A stretch of 63,996 nt of DNA, filler included, from Streblomastix strix (GCA_008636045.1; 4 parts of 4 records of this genome joined end to end with filler, not necessarily neighbours in it); one strand, 5' to 3'; positions 24,215-39,800 are shown, counted from the first letter of the whole stretch. Numbers and translations are program-made. The notes: a model not told the origin generated them from the sequence alone.

Positions 24215-26199
24215 TTTATTTAGAAATGGAGATTACTTCAATTTATATAAGTAGAATTTTAAAAAGTAAATTTTTTTGCGTTCAAATTGAATATTTAGTA
24301 ATTTATAAAGTATAATGCCATAAAAATTATATTAACTTAAGTTTGAATAAAAATATTATAGTTAAATAAGATGACACTCGCATATAAATTGCGAATTCAG
24401 CCATTCTATAAAAATTCGAGCTCAATAAATGATAAAGATGTTTAAAATCAAATAAAAAATTAAATTAATAAATTTTATCTCGATTTATAATAATTAAATA
24501 TATTAAAAACAAATGTATGTTTATTTATTATTCAAAATAATTTTTTTTAATTTTTATTGATCGACTTGGATATAATTAGATTGATAGTAAGATTTACTAT
24601 GAACAATACAAAATTTTAATTTTATTAAGAAAAAATTGGAAATTTAAATTTAAATTTCATTTTTTTTGTTCAACTTGATAATAAATGCGTATTTTTGCTA
24701 ATATTCTAAAAATATTATATAATTAAATTAGTTATATTTAATATTTATGCATTATATGAGATATATATTTCTATTTTTTATTATTCACGCTTTTACAATT
24801 TTCACGTGTTTACAACACAGTGTATATTTTTTAAAAAATTAAAATATAAATATTAGCTAATCAAGATTATATTTATTATTAGGTAAAAGTTACGTAAGTT
24901 GAACAAGTAAAAATATTGAAAAATTATATAAATATAAAAATTATGAAATATGAATTGCAAAATTAAACAAAATATTTTCAAAATATAAATAAAATAATTT
25001 TCGATAGAATTTTGTTTAGACATTGATGAAATTTAAAAAATTTTAGAAAGAAAATATCAATTTTTAGAAGAATTCAACAAGCAAATATGAAATATAATTA
25101 TGATTATCTAGAATATAAAGATATGATTATAATTTACTATATATCATGATATGCATCTTATAAATTTAATGTTAAAATTAATAATTAAAATAATTAAATT
25201 TTGCAAATATTAATAAAAAAATTATAATAAAAAATATATTTTTTGATAAAATTTTTATACCATATTTCATTGAAATTTAATGCATATATTAATAAAATTT
25301 TAATAATAATAATGTTAATTTTTTGGTTTTATTCATCTAACTAAGCATATTTCGTAAAAGAAACTTAAGCAGACCAGTTGGGGATTTGTGATTTATCAAA
25401 TAGCATTTATTTTAGTGTATAATAATGTTTCAATTTGATTTTAATTTTATTATTTGAATTAAATTTCATGAATAAACTGTTCATAGTTAAATTTTTAAAA
25501 TTTATTTTCACGCAGGTTGTTAATCTATTTTATTAATTTAAGTAAATTTAATTTTATTTTAACAATATTAACATATTTGATATATATTATTTGACGGATC
25601 GAATTCATACAACGTTTGAAGCAGGGGTAGAAATGCAAAAATGATAAACTTACCTCCTTAGTACCAGGTAAATGCTTTATATTTTAAAATATGAAATGAT
25701 AAATAAACAATAAAAAACTTTTATTATTTATTATCATTTATTAATATATATTGATTTTTTGCTCCAAAAACTAATCGAAGAAAAATGAAATTACAATTTG
25801 ACTGAAAATCTGGCAAGCAATCACATATATATAGTTTTAAACATTAAATTTTATTTATTTATTCCAATATTTGATTTTTATTGAAATAATTTAGTGTTAT
25901 TCTTATTATATATCCATCTAACTGTAAATTTTATTTTTTAATGTTTTAAAATAATTTAATGAATAAAATAATTTAATTAATTTATTTTAATTAATTAAAC
26001 TTTATTATAGCTGTATTTGTAATATTTAAATTAATAAATAATTTCAAAATATTATAAATAAGCATAATAATTTATTTTTTCGAAATTTTTAATTGAATTT
26101 TCAAACTTAAGTAGAAATTTCCAACGATTTTGATCAATTTCACGGAAAATGGAATAATTAAATATATTGAATTTTTAAATTGAAATATATAATTTAGGT

Positions 26200-26760
26200 C
26201 GACTGAGACCGACCCATATAATACAAGTGAGTGTAAACATTTTATTAAAAATATTCGTATTCTTTCATAAAATTTGGTGTTTGGAACTCTTAGTTCAACT
26301 TAATTCTGCACACTATTCATTATTTATTATTATTCTTTACTAACTGTTATAAGGTTTTTGAGTCAGAAAATCTTTTGCTGTTGCTGCGTTCAGCTTCATC
26401 GCAGATGTGACTATTAAAAATGAATCATTTCCGTAGATATTGATCTTATCATATGAATTAAATTTAAATAAATTATTAAATAAAAAGTAAATACAAATAT
26501 TTAATATTCATCAAACAGATAAGTTAACTATTTCATTAATTCATTGTACAATTATAGATCGTCGTATAAATTAAGATTAAAATTAATTATTTTAAATAAT
26601 AAAATAAATAATTATATGTCATTTTGTTTAATAACGTACCGAAAATGAAGAAACGTATTGTTTCAGCTGCATAGTTCAACTCAATAGTTAGTTTCCAACG
26701 ATCTTTCCATCCGTTTTTTACTTTGAATATTTTTCTACTTAAAATAAACATCTCCCAAAA
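26200..26760 (-). pseudogene. Degenerate exon-like fragments of an unidentified gene
   Basis: Short readable stretches (IFKVKNGWKDRWKLTIELNYAAETIRFFIF followed by a GT donor; DKINIYGNDSFLIVTSAMKLNAATAKDFL) interrupted by stops. Confidence 0.25.
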
Positions 26761-28147
26761 ACTTTAAGAAATATATCCTTTAATTTTTGGATAATAAAAA
26801 TAATTCAATTGATTCAATTAGATCCAAATATTAAAGTAAAATATATTATGAAGCACAGAATCGAATCATGAACGTTGTATCTCAATTCATACTTTAGAAT
26901 TTTTCAAATATTTCCTGCATTTTTATAACTTACACATAAATCTATTAATTAATTTTTATTAAAATATAATTATAATATATATTAAAGCACATCGTCTTAT
27001 TATTTATATAGTTGATCGATTTGCTCTCAAAGTCATTCTAATTTTGACCAAATTAGTTATATTAATTGATTTTTAATAATCAACCACATATTTTCTTTTA
27101 AATTGTCCTTGGTAACGTTAAATTTATTATTATTCAATATTTTCTGCTATTTCATTTCTATTATATTTTGTAAAATCAAATTATTGTCACTATGCATATT
27201 GATACTAAATTCAAACATAATTTGAAAAAATTATGTAATATAAACAGCTTTCCATAAATCAAATTAAATTAAAAAAAGTTAAAAAAAATAATAAATAAAA
27301 CATTATTTTAATAATTTCAATAAATGTATTTGTAACTAATTCAAATAAATTTTTAATAAAAAAAGTAGAATATTTTTTTAATGTTAAAAAAATTTAATTT
27401 TTAAAAATTTGTTTTAAAAATATTAATTGTTTATTTATTAATCAATCATTCAATAATAATAATTTATGTCAAATTTAATAATAATGCACTAAAATCTAGA
27501 AGTAACCAATCTTAATTTAATCTATCATTCAGTTAAACTTTCTTTCAAAAAACGATGGCTAAGAACTAAAGAAGAATACCTCGCTTCTTTGCCAATAAAT
27601 GAGCAATTGAATCCAGGACATATTCATTCTCAGGAATATATAAACTGGAAAAATTAATAATTTATTTGAAATATAACAATTTATTTTAACTATCTTTAAT
27701 TTTTTTGAATAATTTATATTTCATAGCATCAGTTTTTTACTTTATTTCAATTTGTATGAATTATTTGTAAAGAAAGCTCAAAATGTCAAAAAAAAACGAG
27801 AAATGAAATGAAATTTTTATAAGAAAATGACGAAACGAAATCAAATCTAAAACAAATCATAATAAATAAGACGATTATGAATAAAATAAAAAATGAAAAG
27901 TAAGCGTATTTAATTTTTTTAGCTTTTTTTGATCTATATTTTGTAAAATAATTTTGTTTCAAATATGTTTTAATAATAAAATTAATGAAATTTATGAATT
28001 TAGTGCAATTTTGATGAAAACTTTGAAACAATAAAAAATATTTTTTTATTCGCTTAGCAGAGATTCTAGAATACAATTTTATACATAATAAAATTTATAT
28101 ATATTTATTATTAATAAATACAAGCAACACAAAGTCTGTTGAAGAGA

Positions 28148-30296
28148 GCCGTTGGCTATGAAATAACTACTCTGGGGAAAGATCTTGGGGATGCCAAATT
28201 GCCACAGGGGGTAATGTGGGCAGGGTAAACCAGAAATGTGGGGCAGGGCAAACCAGAAATGTGGGTCAGCCTAATTGTGAATAAAATATAAAAATAAATA
28301 GAATTTTTTTTTTAACTTAAAAATATGAAGAAAAAAATATAAGTTTATCTATCTTCACAAACTATTACTGTTTAGTAGTTTATGGAATATAAAACGGATT
28401 TAAATTATCCTAATTTGTATAAAATTAAATAATATGTAGTAGTATTGTTTTGACTTGCTGATTATCGTGAAAATTTGTCTTGAAATTTTTAATATAATCA
28501 TATTAAGTCTATAGTTTTGGTATAATTTGTATTGAATTATATTTAAAAATTCAAGTATTACGATTTAAAAAATGAATTCAATAACAATTTTGAGTGTATA
28601 ATTGTTAAAGTATTGTTTAAATGAAAAAATTAAAAAATGCACATTTTTTATCGGAAATAAGTTAAATATTAACAATTATATTAAATTGTGCCAGCTAATA
28701 TTTATATTTATTAAATAAAGTATAGAAAACAAAAAATAGAATATTGATAATTCGTGAAATAAGTTGGACAAGCTTTTAATTAGAGGGATCAGTTTTTAAT
28801 TGAAGGCAAAAAATTTAATTGAGGGTAGAATTTTTTAATTGGGGGTAGCTGCTCCTTTTTTACTTTTGTGGCAGTTGCAGGCTATTAATTAAAATATTGG
28901 TAATTAGAAAAAATTTAAAATAGTGTTGGATAAACGCGCATTTAAGAGTGCTTAACGCGCGCAACGCACAATTAAAAGCATTCTGATTAAAATTTTCCAA
29001 TCAATAAATAGGTAAAAAAATTCGAAATTTTGTTTCGTAAAAAAAAAAGAATTATTTTATTTTTTGAATTAATAATACTTATAAATTAGACAAATAATAA
29101 ATTTTATTCTTAAAAAGCTTCGTTATAATTTATTATTAGTACTAATTATTAGAATTTTTTAAAAAATTGAATTTTTGCTCTCAATTTTCTACACTATTAC
29201 AAGTGTATTTAGCATCATTATTTACAAATTCAATAGAAATAATCATATTAATCGATAAATCGATATCATATTTAAAAAATGTTTAATTTTCATCGAGAAT
29301 TTATGGCCCAACGCTTTACAACACTTTTACAGCATTTTTAAGCGGGTTTTTCAGCACTTTTAAGCACTTTTTAGAATTTTCAATAATAAAGGTAGTATTT
29401 ATTTTCGAATATATAAATATATTTAAATTTTGTGAATATTTAATAAAATAATAAATGCTTGATATATTGTAATCCTTAGGATACTGAATAAAAACTGATA
29501 CAAATTTTAATTCTTTAAAAAAAGGTGCGTTTATGCAATCTTTTCTTGGATAAAATGTATCAAATATTAATTTATGTTTTGTTTAATTAGATATAACTTT
29601 CATAGCACAATTACTGTAAATATTTATATTAATTATTGACAGGTGCAGAAAAACAAACGAAAACTGCAAAAAATAATTTTTAACGAATTCTATATATGCT
29701 AAGCTTTGATTTTAATCATTATTCAACTTAATTCTTCAGAAATATATATTTCTTTAAATTCACATTTTAAATCATAATAATTAATACCAATCATCACAAA
29801 AATGAAATTAAAAAATTTTATTTTATGAATTTAAGGAGTTTTAAGATTTTTTTTAATACGCTGATACGCGCTTAGCAAATTATTTTACAGTGTTTTAAGC
29901 CAACACTAATGTAAAATAGTACAATGCACATTTTTAAAGAATTATAATATCTAATGTTGGGTTTCTCGTCTTAAAAGGAGCTTGCTCCACTTGCCGCCAT
30001 TTAAATTATATTTTGATCTAGAAACAGATTTGATATTAATTAATATAAATATTAATTAATGTGAATAATAAAATATTTTTAAAATATTATTGACAAAATT
30101 AATAACCACGCTAAGAAGAAATTTTTTTTATTTATTTATAGAATTTTTTAACAAAGGGGGCAAAAATAAAATCGGGGCAGGGCTTTTGATGGTGGGGCAG
30201 GCATTTCTGGAATCCACAAGAAAGATCGGCTAAAGACAAATGTCTGAGACATGCATGTCCGAGACACTCCAATGTCTGTGATATCCCCATAACGGC
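28148..30296. mobile_element. Possible non-autonomous element with G-rich subterminal repeats
   Basis: Bounded by GCCGTT...AACGGC; GGGGCAGG motifs near both ends; no coding capacity seen; no target-site duplication found. Confidence 0.3.
28213..28269 (+). repeat. 22-23 bp G-rich tandem repeat (aatgtgg(g)gcagggYaaaccaga x2.5)
   Basis: Direct reading. Confidence 0.8.
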
Positions 30297-30686
30297 ATTT
30301 TTCAGGAATTTTAATCATCCACACAGGACTTTATTTTATTTGTTATATATTAATTTTGTATAAATAAGTATGTGAAAATTTATTTATTATGTTACCAGTT
30401 AGAACAGTGCAAAAATTAGAATTTAAAAATTTAAATAGAAAGCTTTTGTCTGAAGGTTCGAAAATGTTTGGCTCTGGACATTAGAGACAGACAAACCTTA
30501 TCATGTTTAATTATATGTTAATTACAGAAATATAAAATAAAATATTCATAAAATATATTTAATGTTATAATATTTCATTTTAAATTGTTTAATATAATTT
30601 TATTATAATAAAATTAATATTTAAAAATTGACTAACAACTTACAAAGCACTTTTTATATATTCTGAAGCGCTAAAATCTACATGAA

Positions 30687-32307
30687 TCACTTCTTTTTCA
30701 CTGTAGCCTTCTTTGCTACCATAGCCCCCTTCTTTTTCTTCTTTTTCTTACTATTCGTCCTTTTAATATCATCATCACTGCTTTAAGATTCGAGACTATC
30801 TTCTGATTCCTCTTCGTCCAGAGGATATGTAGACCCCGATGTCATCGCTTTAAGCCAATCTTCATCTATTTCGCTTTTTACTGACTGAGTTCCAGCGGCT
30901 GCATTCAGCTCCTTAATTTTAGCTTTCTATTCTTTCGCCTTGTCCACTTCCCTCAATAAAGGAATTAGACAATCGCCACTCGAGTTCTAATACTTCAAGA
31001 TGAATGGATGGTCCATCAGATCCTTGGCGTCCTTACGAACAGCGGGGTCTTTGACTAAGCATTGAGCGATGAAGTCCAATAAGTCAGCGGAGTATTTCTC
31101 GGGGTTCTTAGGAGTTGGTGGAGGATTTTCTGGAATTAGGAAAATTGCCCTGTATGATTATTTTGAATGATGATTTTGTAGATTGTTGATTGTTGATGGT
31201 TATTGGTTAATGAATGTTGATTAATGAATTTTGATTGTTGATTGTTGTATATATATGAATATAAGATGGAAAAAATATTATTAAGAATTGCATGAATAAA
31301 ATTTAAGTATATATAAAAATTATATTTATTAACTTAAATAATTATTAGTTTTTATTTATTAAACGAACCTCATTGGTTGTATATTAAATAGCGGTGGGGT
31401 TCCATCGAGCATCTCAATTGCAGTAATACCTAATAAATATAATTATAAAAAATATTTAAATATTATTATTATAAAAAAATTGATAATTATTAATAATAAT
31501 AATTTTTTTTATTTAATATATATTTATTAATTTTTATTTTTATCATACCTAAAGACCATATATCAACTTTTCTTGTATATGGTACATCAACCATCATTTC
31601 AGGCGCCACTAATTTATAAGTTAATAAATAATAATAATTTTAAATTATATATTATTTATTAATATACTATATTTCAAATATCACATATATTATTATATTA
31701 TTTGATATCTAATACATAATACACACTCCAATATGGTTATCCTACAAAAGTGGTTTACTTACTTATTGTTTTGTCAAGTGTAGCTGATATTTTAAAATCT
31801 CCCATTTTCACATCACCGTTTGCACATAGAAATACATTTTCTTAATTTATCATTATAATATATATAAATTATGTCAAATATAAAAAAAATAAATAATATA
31901 AATACATAAATATAAGAATTTAGTTATAATTTATATTTAAAATAATTAAAATAAAAAATAAAATTATAATAATCGTAATACCTGATTTCACATTTCTGTG
32001 AAGACGCTATGTCGAATGAAAATAAATAAGGACATCTAACACGTTTCTCAGAATATAAGACAGTTATTCTTCATTAACTCCTTTCTACGTAGCTTCGAAA
32101 GTGCTGAGTACAGAACCGTACTCGCAGGGCTCCGTGGCAATCTATGCAAAGAATAAGCAATGATTAATAACAAGGAAATATCTAATCATTCTTATAAACC
32201 CATATTGTTTTTTCTCCTTCAGCCCAGGAACCGACAAATTTTACGTATTTTGGGTGAACTAATTTTTTCAGCTTATCTATCTCTTCATAGATTTCTAAAG
32301 CATCAGT
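30687..32307 (-). CDS. STE20/MST-family Ser/Thr kinase, 5' truncated, degenerate catalytic motifs
   Basis: WIATEPCEYGSV; LHRNVKSENVFL; VKMGDFKISA; TFVGQPYWMAPE; KVDIWSLGITAIEMLDGTPP; PMRAIFLIPENPPP; DFIAQCLVKDP..HPFI; six introns; TGA 30687-30689. Confidence 0.92.
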
Positions 32308-32407
32308 NNNNNNNNNNNNNNNNNNNNNNNNNNNNNNNNNNNNNNNNNNNNTTAATTAATTAANNNNNNNNNNNNNNNNNNNNNNNNNNNNNNNNNNNNN
32401 NNNNNNN
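32308..32407. other. Artificial contig linker
   Basis: Same N-TTAATTAATTAA-N spacer. Confidence 0.98.
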
Positions 32408-35400
32408 GAAATATCAGCTCATACAATCTATGCTATTCATTCAAAATTTATGCAACATTTGGATCTATTCCTAAACATCCAATTGATATCAGGACTTTTT
32501 GAATGGTTTCAAACTGTTCAGAATTAATTAAAGGAATTCTTTCATTTTCAGACTATTTTATTTTCTAAATCTTTTGAGTTGAAACTTGTTGTAAATAATC
32601 ATTGAATTTGTTGAGTGTGGCTTTGAACATTTCAATACATTCAATGATTGAATCGTTATTAATTACATTGCCCTTATTTAAGCAACTTGTTACAATTGCA
32701 GAGTACAACCGAATTTTGCCCATTGTCGATCTAACTTAGTCTTTCAATTTTCCAGAATTCATCAGCTCTTCACGAATTTATTAATGATATATGAGAGGTT
32801 CCAAATTGAATGATAATGTTGATATTTTATTATATTCAGCAAATCTACTCATCATAACTCCTCTTACTGCCACATTGGCTGCAAATGAAACAGTTTTCTC
32901 AAAAATATCCAATTTTTTTTTATCTGAGTTTTCCTCTATTATATATTAAATATAATTTGAAATGCTATTATCAATCAAATTGAAAAATATATCATCATCA
33001 GAGATTTCAAGAAGATGTTGAAAGTTATCCAGAATATTAAATACTTTATTTTTATCTTAGTAATGGAAAGATGAAGATATTATTATGTAAATTCCTTCAC
33101 GAACAATTTTCATTGCTCCATATTACAATTCTTTATCTGATATATCTTTAACAATAGAAATCATCTAATTAATACAATCCCATTCATTTGTTTCTTTAAT
33201 GGCTATTTATTATTCTTCTTATTTATTATCAATCTTATTTGCATCAATATTTTCTAATTTTTATTTGATCTAATTCTCCGATATATGATCAATTTAATAC
33301 TTTTATTGCACTTCATTCTTGATCTTAACTAATTTATTCATTCTTTCTTCTTCAAATATCCAAGCCTATAATGTAAATGCTTCAATATTTATAATAAAAT
33401 CAGTAACTACATCTTAATGAATCCTTTTCTATTCATCATCATTAGTTATCATATAAAGATAGACAAGTTTCTTTCTATTCACATAACTTGATATCCATTC
33501 AATTGATATTTATTCTCTAATTATATATCTGGTTTCAGATGTGCCATTTTCAAAAAGGATACTGAAAAATGTAATAATTTCTTTCTATATTAATTTTGAG
33601 AATAAATCCATCTTCAAAATTAATATTTTATGAATATTACTGTTGATAATTGAATTATGATTCAACTAATTTAGAGAAACTAATTGAAGTGAATGAATCC
33701 TGAGAATTTGTTTATCATTCAATTTATAAAACATATCAAATGAACGTTTGATATCTGAAATTGTAAGATTTAGAATAGAAGAAGATAGTGCAAGTCCTCT
33801 GCAAAGTTAAGATAATATTTCGCACAATCCAAATGATATATTATAATTTGTTTCTTTAGAAAGTGCAACTTATTCAATAAGATCAAGAGTCCCATCCAAT
33901 TGAAGTACTTTGAAGAATGGATGCTAAATGCTAATTGAAGTTATTATGTTTGAATTAATATCAGTATAATTATCAGTTTTCCCTTAATTTATCATGTTCT
34001 TTATCGTTTATATTACCACTTCTACAAGATTTTATGATGGATGTTACAAGAATCTTGAAAGTGTATGAATTATTCCATCATTGAATAGTTATTATTTCTT
34101 TTTTCTAGTTATTTATCTTGTAAGAATTTCCAAAGGTTTGATATGAACAGTTTTAGCTTGAATGAGAGAAAGATAATGAATATATTTCCCAATTTATGCT
34201 AATATTCCAGATTATATAACCTCAAATGACAAATAATCATTTTTATCCAAGACATTAACAAGAGCACTACAGCTGCTGCTAATCAATCCAAGTGTTAATG
34301 GTTGGATTATTTCATTTTCCTCATTAAAATCTTCAAATTGTTCATTAGCTGTGCATAAAAAACAAAGAATTGTTGGAATAATCTCAACATTTAAGATCTT
34401 TTTCCATCCAAAATCAATAGTAACATTGAATCTTCTAATTTTGCAAAATAGTTTACTGATCTTTTGCAATATTTTATTATTAGACCATTTCATTGTCAAT
34501 TATAGTGCTTTTTCATCCAATATAATGTCTGAATCGCCAATAAGCTCAAGGAATCTTTAAGTTCCAATTGTGCTCTTTACATATTATTCTTATTCAATTC
34601 CACCATTCTGAGTAGTAATCATTATTAGTTCAAGCGCAAAGCTTCTAATATTTTCATTTGGAGAAGTAATATATTGAATAATTGTTTCAATGAAGTGGTC
34701 TTATACTATCTCAGGAATATTTTCTTTATAATTAATAAATTAATAAAAAAAATTTAATTATATTTTAATGAGGTATTATAAAAAAAATTGAATGATAATA
34801 AATTAATTTGCACACCTTCTTTAATTGATATGCCACAAAGTATGTCAAGCGATGTAGCAAGTAAATGAGGTTCTTTTTCCTATTGAATCATAGTTTTTAG
34901 ATATTAAACTAATACATGTCTCATATTTGGTTATATGTCTTGCGATCTTAAAATTGTACATAAAATCCAGACAGCATTATCATTTAGATACAAATCATTG
35001 CAATGCAGAAGACCATCCAAGTATATTTAATAGATAACTCCATCTTGCTTTAAATCTTCTTTTAAATAATGAGGTTTTCTTCTATTATTTCTTTGTTCAT
35101 CTGTTTCTAGTATATGTTTTATTGAAGTTATGGCATCTCTCTTAACAAAAATGTTTGAATGACCCAATAAATGTGATAATATCTACAGTGCATTATGATC
35201 TTGAAGACTAATTTTCATCTCATTACTTATTAAGCTAAACAGCTTTGGAAGTCCAATTGTATGAAATCGACTAATTAACTGAATGGGAACAGATTATATT
35301 AAGCTTAATAATTCCTGTGGAATTTCAAGTTCTTCAATTTCAAATTTAGTAGATGGAATGAAATAAATAATACGCTAATATAAATAACATCCAAATTTTG

Positions 35401-36040
35401 TAAGAAGAAAATCATCAGCTGAGATTCTTGGATATTTTCCATTCAGTTCTTTTATTTCTTTCCTAATCTTATTCAACTTTTTAATTTATTCTGCAAAAGA
35501 GCTGATCATTCCATCTGCACTAATTTATAATATTATTCCCTTCTATTGATCAATGTTCTTACTTTATTTCAAGTTAAAATATATATTAAATGTTTTTATC
35601 AGTTCATTGCTACATTATTCCACTATAATAAGGGAGGATTTGAAGATTAGTGATTTTTTCTTCAAAATTAAATTATCTATTTCTTTTCTTGAAGAAATCT
35701 ATACTAACGCTTATCTAATTTCTGTTCCAATTGGTTCTTCAATCCAGAGAGACCTGATTAAACAGATTAAATTGAAAAAAAGTATAGAAATAACAAAACA
35801 TACTGAATGGTACAATATTTGCCTAAAAATTCTTGGAGTTCAATTTCATTAGTTTCTGATGGAATGTCATCTATAACTACACAATTCTCTCCAATATTGT
35901 CAAATTATTAAAAGTTAATTTATTTTTTAGACTATTAAGGTAAAAACTAGATAAGTTATTAATAAAAATAAATAAATTAATACCTATTCTTCAAAATCTA
36001 TAGAAGAGCTTTTTTCTTCAATACGAGGTTACTTTGACAT
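32408..36040 (-). CDS. Large ARM/HEAT-like helical hypothetical protein, multi-exon, 3' truncated
   Basis: MSKQPRIEEKSSSIDFEEQ; long Leu/Ile-rich exons open under TAR=Gln (HALQILSHLLGHSNIFVKRDAITSIKHIL; QHPFFKVLQLDGTLDLIEQVAL). Confidence 0.75.
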
Positions 36041-36852
36041 CTGCGTGCAATATAAAAGTGCGTAAAAAGGAAATACAAAAAATAAAAATAAATAAATAAG
36101 GATAAAATTAAAAATCATGCTAATAAATAAAAATTAGTTATACTTTAAATAAAAAATTAAAAATTTAATTATTTAAATTGTTTTTCGGATTAAAATAACA
36201 TAAAAAATTGATTTTTTTGTATGAATATGAAAACTAGGCACAAGCAAGATTATATGTTAAATTACTAGTAATATTGTGAAATATATTATATATTCATATC
36301 AAATAAATATAAATTAAAAAAATAGTAAGACTTAGGTAAGGTAGAATTAGGAATTTAAAATACAGTATAATTTCTTAAACAATTTACTTGATACTATGAT
36401 AATTAACTAAAATTAAATATTTGTACCAGAAATACTTATAATACGATAGATTATAAACTCAAAAACCGAGAATAAAATGGTAAATTAAAATTTTTTTATT
36501 TTTACTATCCTCGTATTTGCTTAGCTTTTATTAAACAATAAATTGCATTTAATTTTTCTTATATAAATCTTTATAACTATTATTTTATCTGATAATATAT
36601 ATTTTTACGATTAATTTGCAATTTTAATGCTAGTTTAAATAAATTGGTTTGCAGAGCTTATCAATATTATTTCTATTATGGTTTTAAGTTAAATGAAATA
36701 ACAGTAAATTTTCAAAATGTTTTAATTAAAAATTATATATTTCATTTTATTTTCATATAAGTTATTTTAATGTTTTTAATTATTAATTTGGCTTTTCTCG
36801 TTTGCTCATTATTTTATTACTTTTTTCATAATATCTTTTTCCAATCAGAATA

Positions 36853-39800
36853 ATGGATCCACCAATAGACGATCTTGATACTCTAAAGGATGTCAATGAT
36901 GCTTGGACACGCTACCTGAAGCCAGTGATTGATGATATAAAAGTTCAAATTGAATAAAATCCAATTACAGCAACAGCAAACGAGAAAAACATCTTACTCT
37001 TCACGCAAGTAATTCAACACCTGTATATCTTCATATTTTTATAATTTTTTATTATATATTTATTATATTCATTCTTAATTGTTGCAGTTGTCAAAAATTA
37101 GATTTGATTAAAGATGTTTCTGAACTTACTCTTAAAATCATCATAGATTACTGCAACATGGAGATCAATTTACCTTTGAGATCATTGAAAGATGAACAAT
37201 TCTTATAAGGACTTACGTAAAACTGGGAGAAGTTCAAGATCTTTGTGAAAATTGTTTGTTCATTATTCCAGTATTTGGTTTGGAATCAATTATTTAACCT
37301 AATTAACTTTTATATTAATTTATTTTAACTTGATTTGTTAATAATTTATATATTTTAAATTTAATTTCAATTTCAGGATGATAACTATTTCAATGCTACT
37401 TAGCATACTGGAAATGATAAATCTCTTCATCTTCTTAGCTTGTAGCAACGAGCATATAACATCTTCAAGTATTTTATTAATTCAATAACTTTTATGTATT
37501 AAATTTTATTTATTTTTATTAATATTCAGAGAATAGGTGTTTAATTGCAAGATCAAAATGATTTAAAGTCTTATACTTGATTATATTGATTAAGAGAGAT
37601 CTGGAGAAACAATTAATATCACATTAATGAAAAATACAATTGATGTATGAAATATTTTATTTATTGAAAAAAAATTATTATTATTAAATTTTAATTATAA
37701 ATTGGTTGGCCACCTAAATATTATCATATTCATTTTTTATTTAAATTATTATTTTATTTAGATTTTCATTGATCTTGATCCAACACTTGAACAATTCTAC
37801 AATAACTTGGAAATTGAATTTCTTTAAAGAGCAAGGTATTCAATATGAAAAATATAATGAATAATATCGTTATATTTCCTAATAACTTATTCAAAAGAAT
37901 TATTATTTATTTTATTTATTTATTATTATATTATGTGACATGAATTTATTTCTTTATTCAGAACGTTCTATCAATAGTTTGCACAAAGATCACTTGATCA
38001 AGACACAATACCAGACTTCATGATTAAGGTAATATGAAATGAAAAAAAACTATAATTTTTAATAACATTGATTGAAATAAATATGAATTGAATTTATATT
38101 TCTTAATTTTATATAATAAACCCAACAGTGTGAAACTGCATTTAGTATTGAGAGTAAGAGAATTGATAATTACATGAATAAAAGGACTGAACCAAAGATC
38201 AAATAAATTCTTGATGATGAACTATTGAAAAAGTTTGAATTAAATTGAAATATATTATTTTTTTAATTTAAATTCATTTAAAATATATTTTTAATTTTTT
38301 ATATTTAACATAGAAATGTTGAAATTCTTATAAAGTCAAAGGAATCTGGATTTCGTCTTTTATTGGAACATGATAGATTTGAAGTATAAACAAAATATTA
38401 TTACTTAATTTCTAATTAAAATTTATATGAATTTCAATAATAAAAAATTTTCATACTTTATTTATTTATATAATCTTTTAAATAAACATTCATTAGGATC
38501 TTGGACGAATGTATCGTTTAATTACTCACATGGATAATGAAGTGTAACATTAAAATTTTTATAGTTTATTAAATACTATTTTATTGAAGAATATTACAAT
38601 TTATTCATACATTTTATTTCTATCATCATTAACCTTCTTAGACTGGCATTGATTCAATGGCTATAGAATTTGGAGAACATATAAAAAATACTGGTCAAAA
38701 TTTGATTGATTTATATGTATGAAAATGATTATTATTTTTTCAATTTTTATATATTAATTAATTTTAATTAATTTTAAGTTTATTATCTTAAATACGCAGC
38801 CTTAATTGCCTGTAAGAATTGAAGAACAAAGAGAATGTATAATAATGAAAAAATAAATATATATTGTTTTATTTGGAAATATATTTGAATATTTTCACAT
38901 AATGATTAATTATTTTTATTAATTTGTTTATTGAATAGATTTTGAATAAATCATAGATAAAGACAATAAAATTAACAGTGCAATATAACTCAAGAAGAAT
39001 GCCACAACCCATCCAGATGAAAATAGGATAATTGATCCTTAATCAGATGAATAGAAAGTGAAAATAGACATGGATATGATTTCAAAGATGTATTTGTATG
39101 TGGAAGAAGTTCTATACCTGTTAAGATTATTTAACAAGGTGTATATTGAACAATTTTAGGGGAATGAAAAATTTGGAGCTGCATTTAAAAATTCTTTTTC
39201 CGAATTCTTGAATCGACCTCGTAGATGTTTAATTTATTTTTTATTTATTTAATTGATTTTTATTTAATAGTTATTTAAATTAAATCATTATTTTTGATTA
39301 ATTGATAAATTATTTTTTATTTTAATTATTAAATTATTTATATATTAATAATAATATCAGGGTATGACAATGAGATTGAAATTCATCTTGCCGTATATGT
39401 TGATGCACTTATGAAGACTGTTGAAGCATAGTCATTGAACAAACAAGTTTAATTAATAATATTATATATAAGAATTTAAGATGATATTATTTTAAATATA
39501 AAATAAAATAATTATTACTTTACAATTTTAATTTAATAATAAATCTTACTATATATACAATTATAGATTGAAACACGTCTTGATGAGATTGTTGCAGTTC
39601 TTTAATACTGTGATAATAAGGATATTTTTCTATATGAAATTGTAGACATTCTCTTTGAAAGGATTATCGAATAAGGAAATAAAGCATTGCCCAATGAAGT
39701 TGTTGAAAAAGCATTCATTGCAAAGTATGTCTTAATAATTTGAATAAATATAGAAAGTTTAAATTGAACAGATAAGTTTAACCATTTTATTTTATTTATT

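Noticed and set aside
24250..28100. Possible RNA genes in the long AT-rich stretch
   Set aside because: No tRNA, rRNA or snRNA signature recognisable by eye; a covariance-model search would be needed.
28213..28269. CRISPR-like or telomeric array
   Set aside because: Only 2.5 adjacent units, no unique spacers, eukaryotic context, and not a short telomeric unit.
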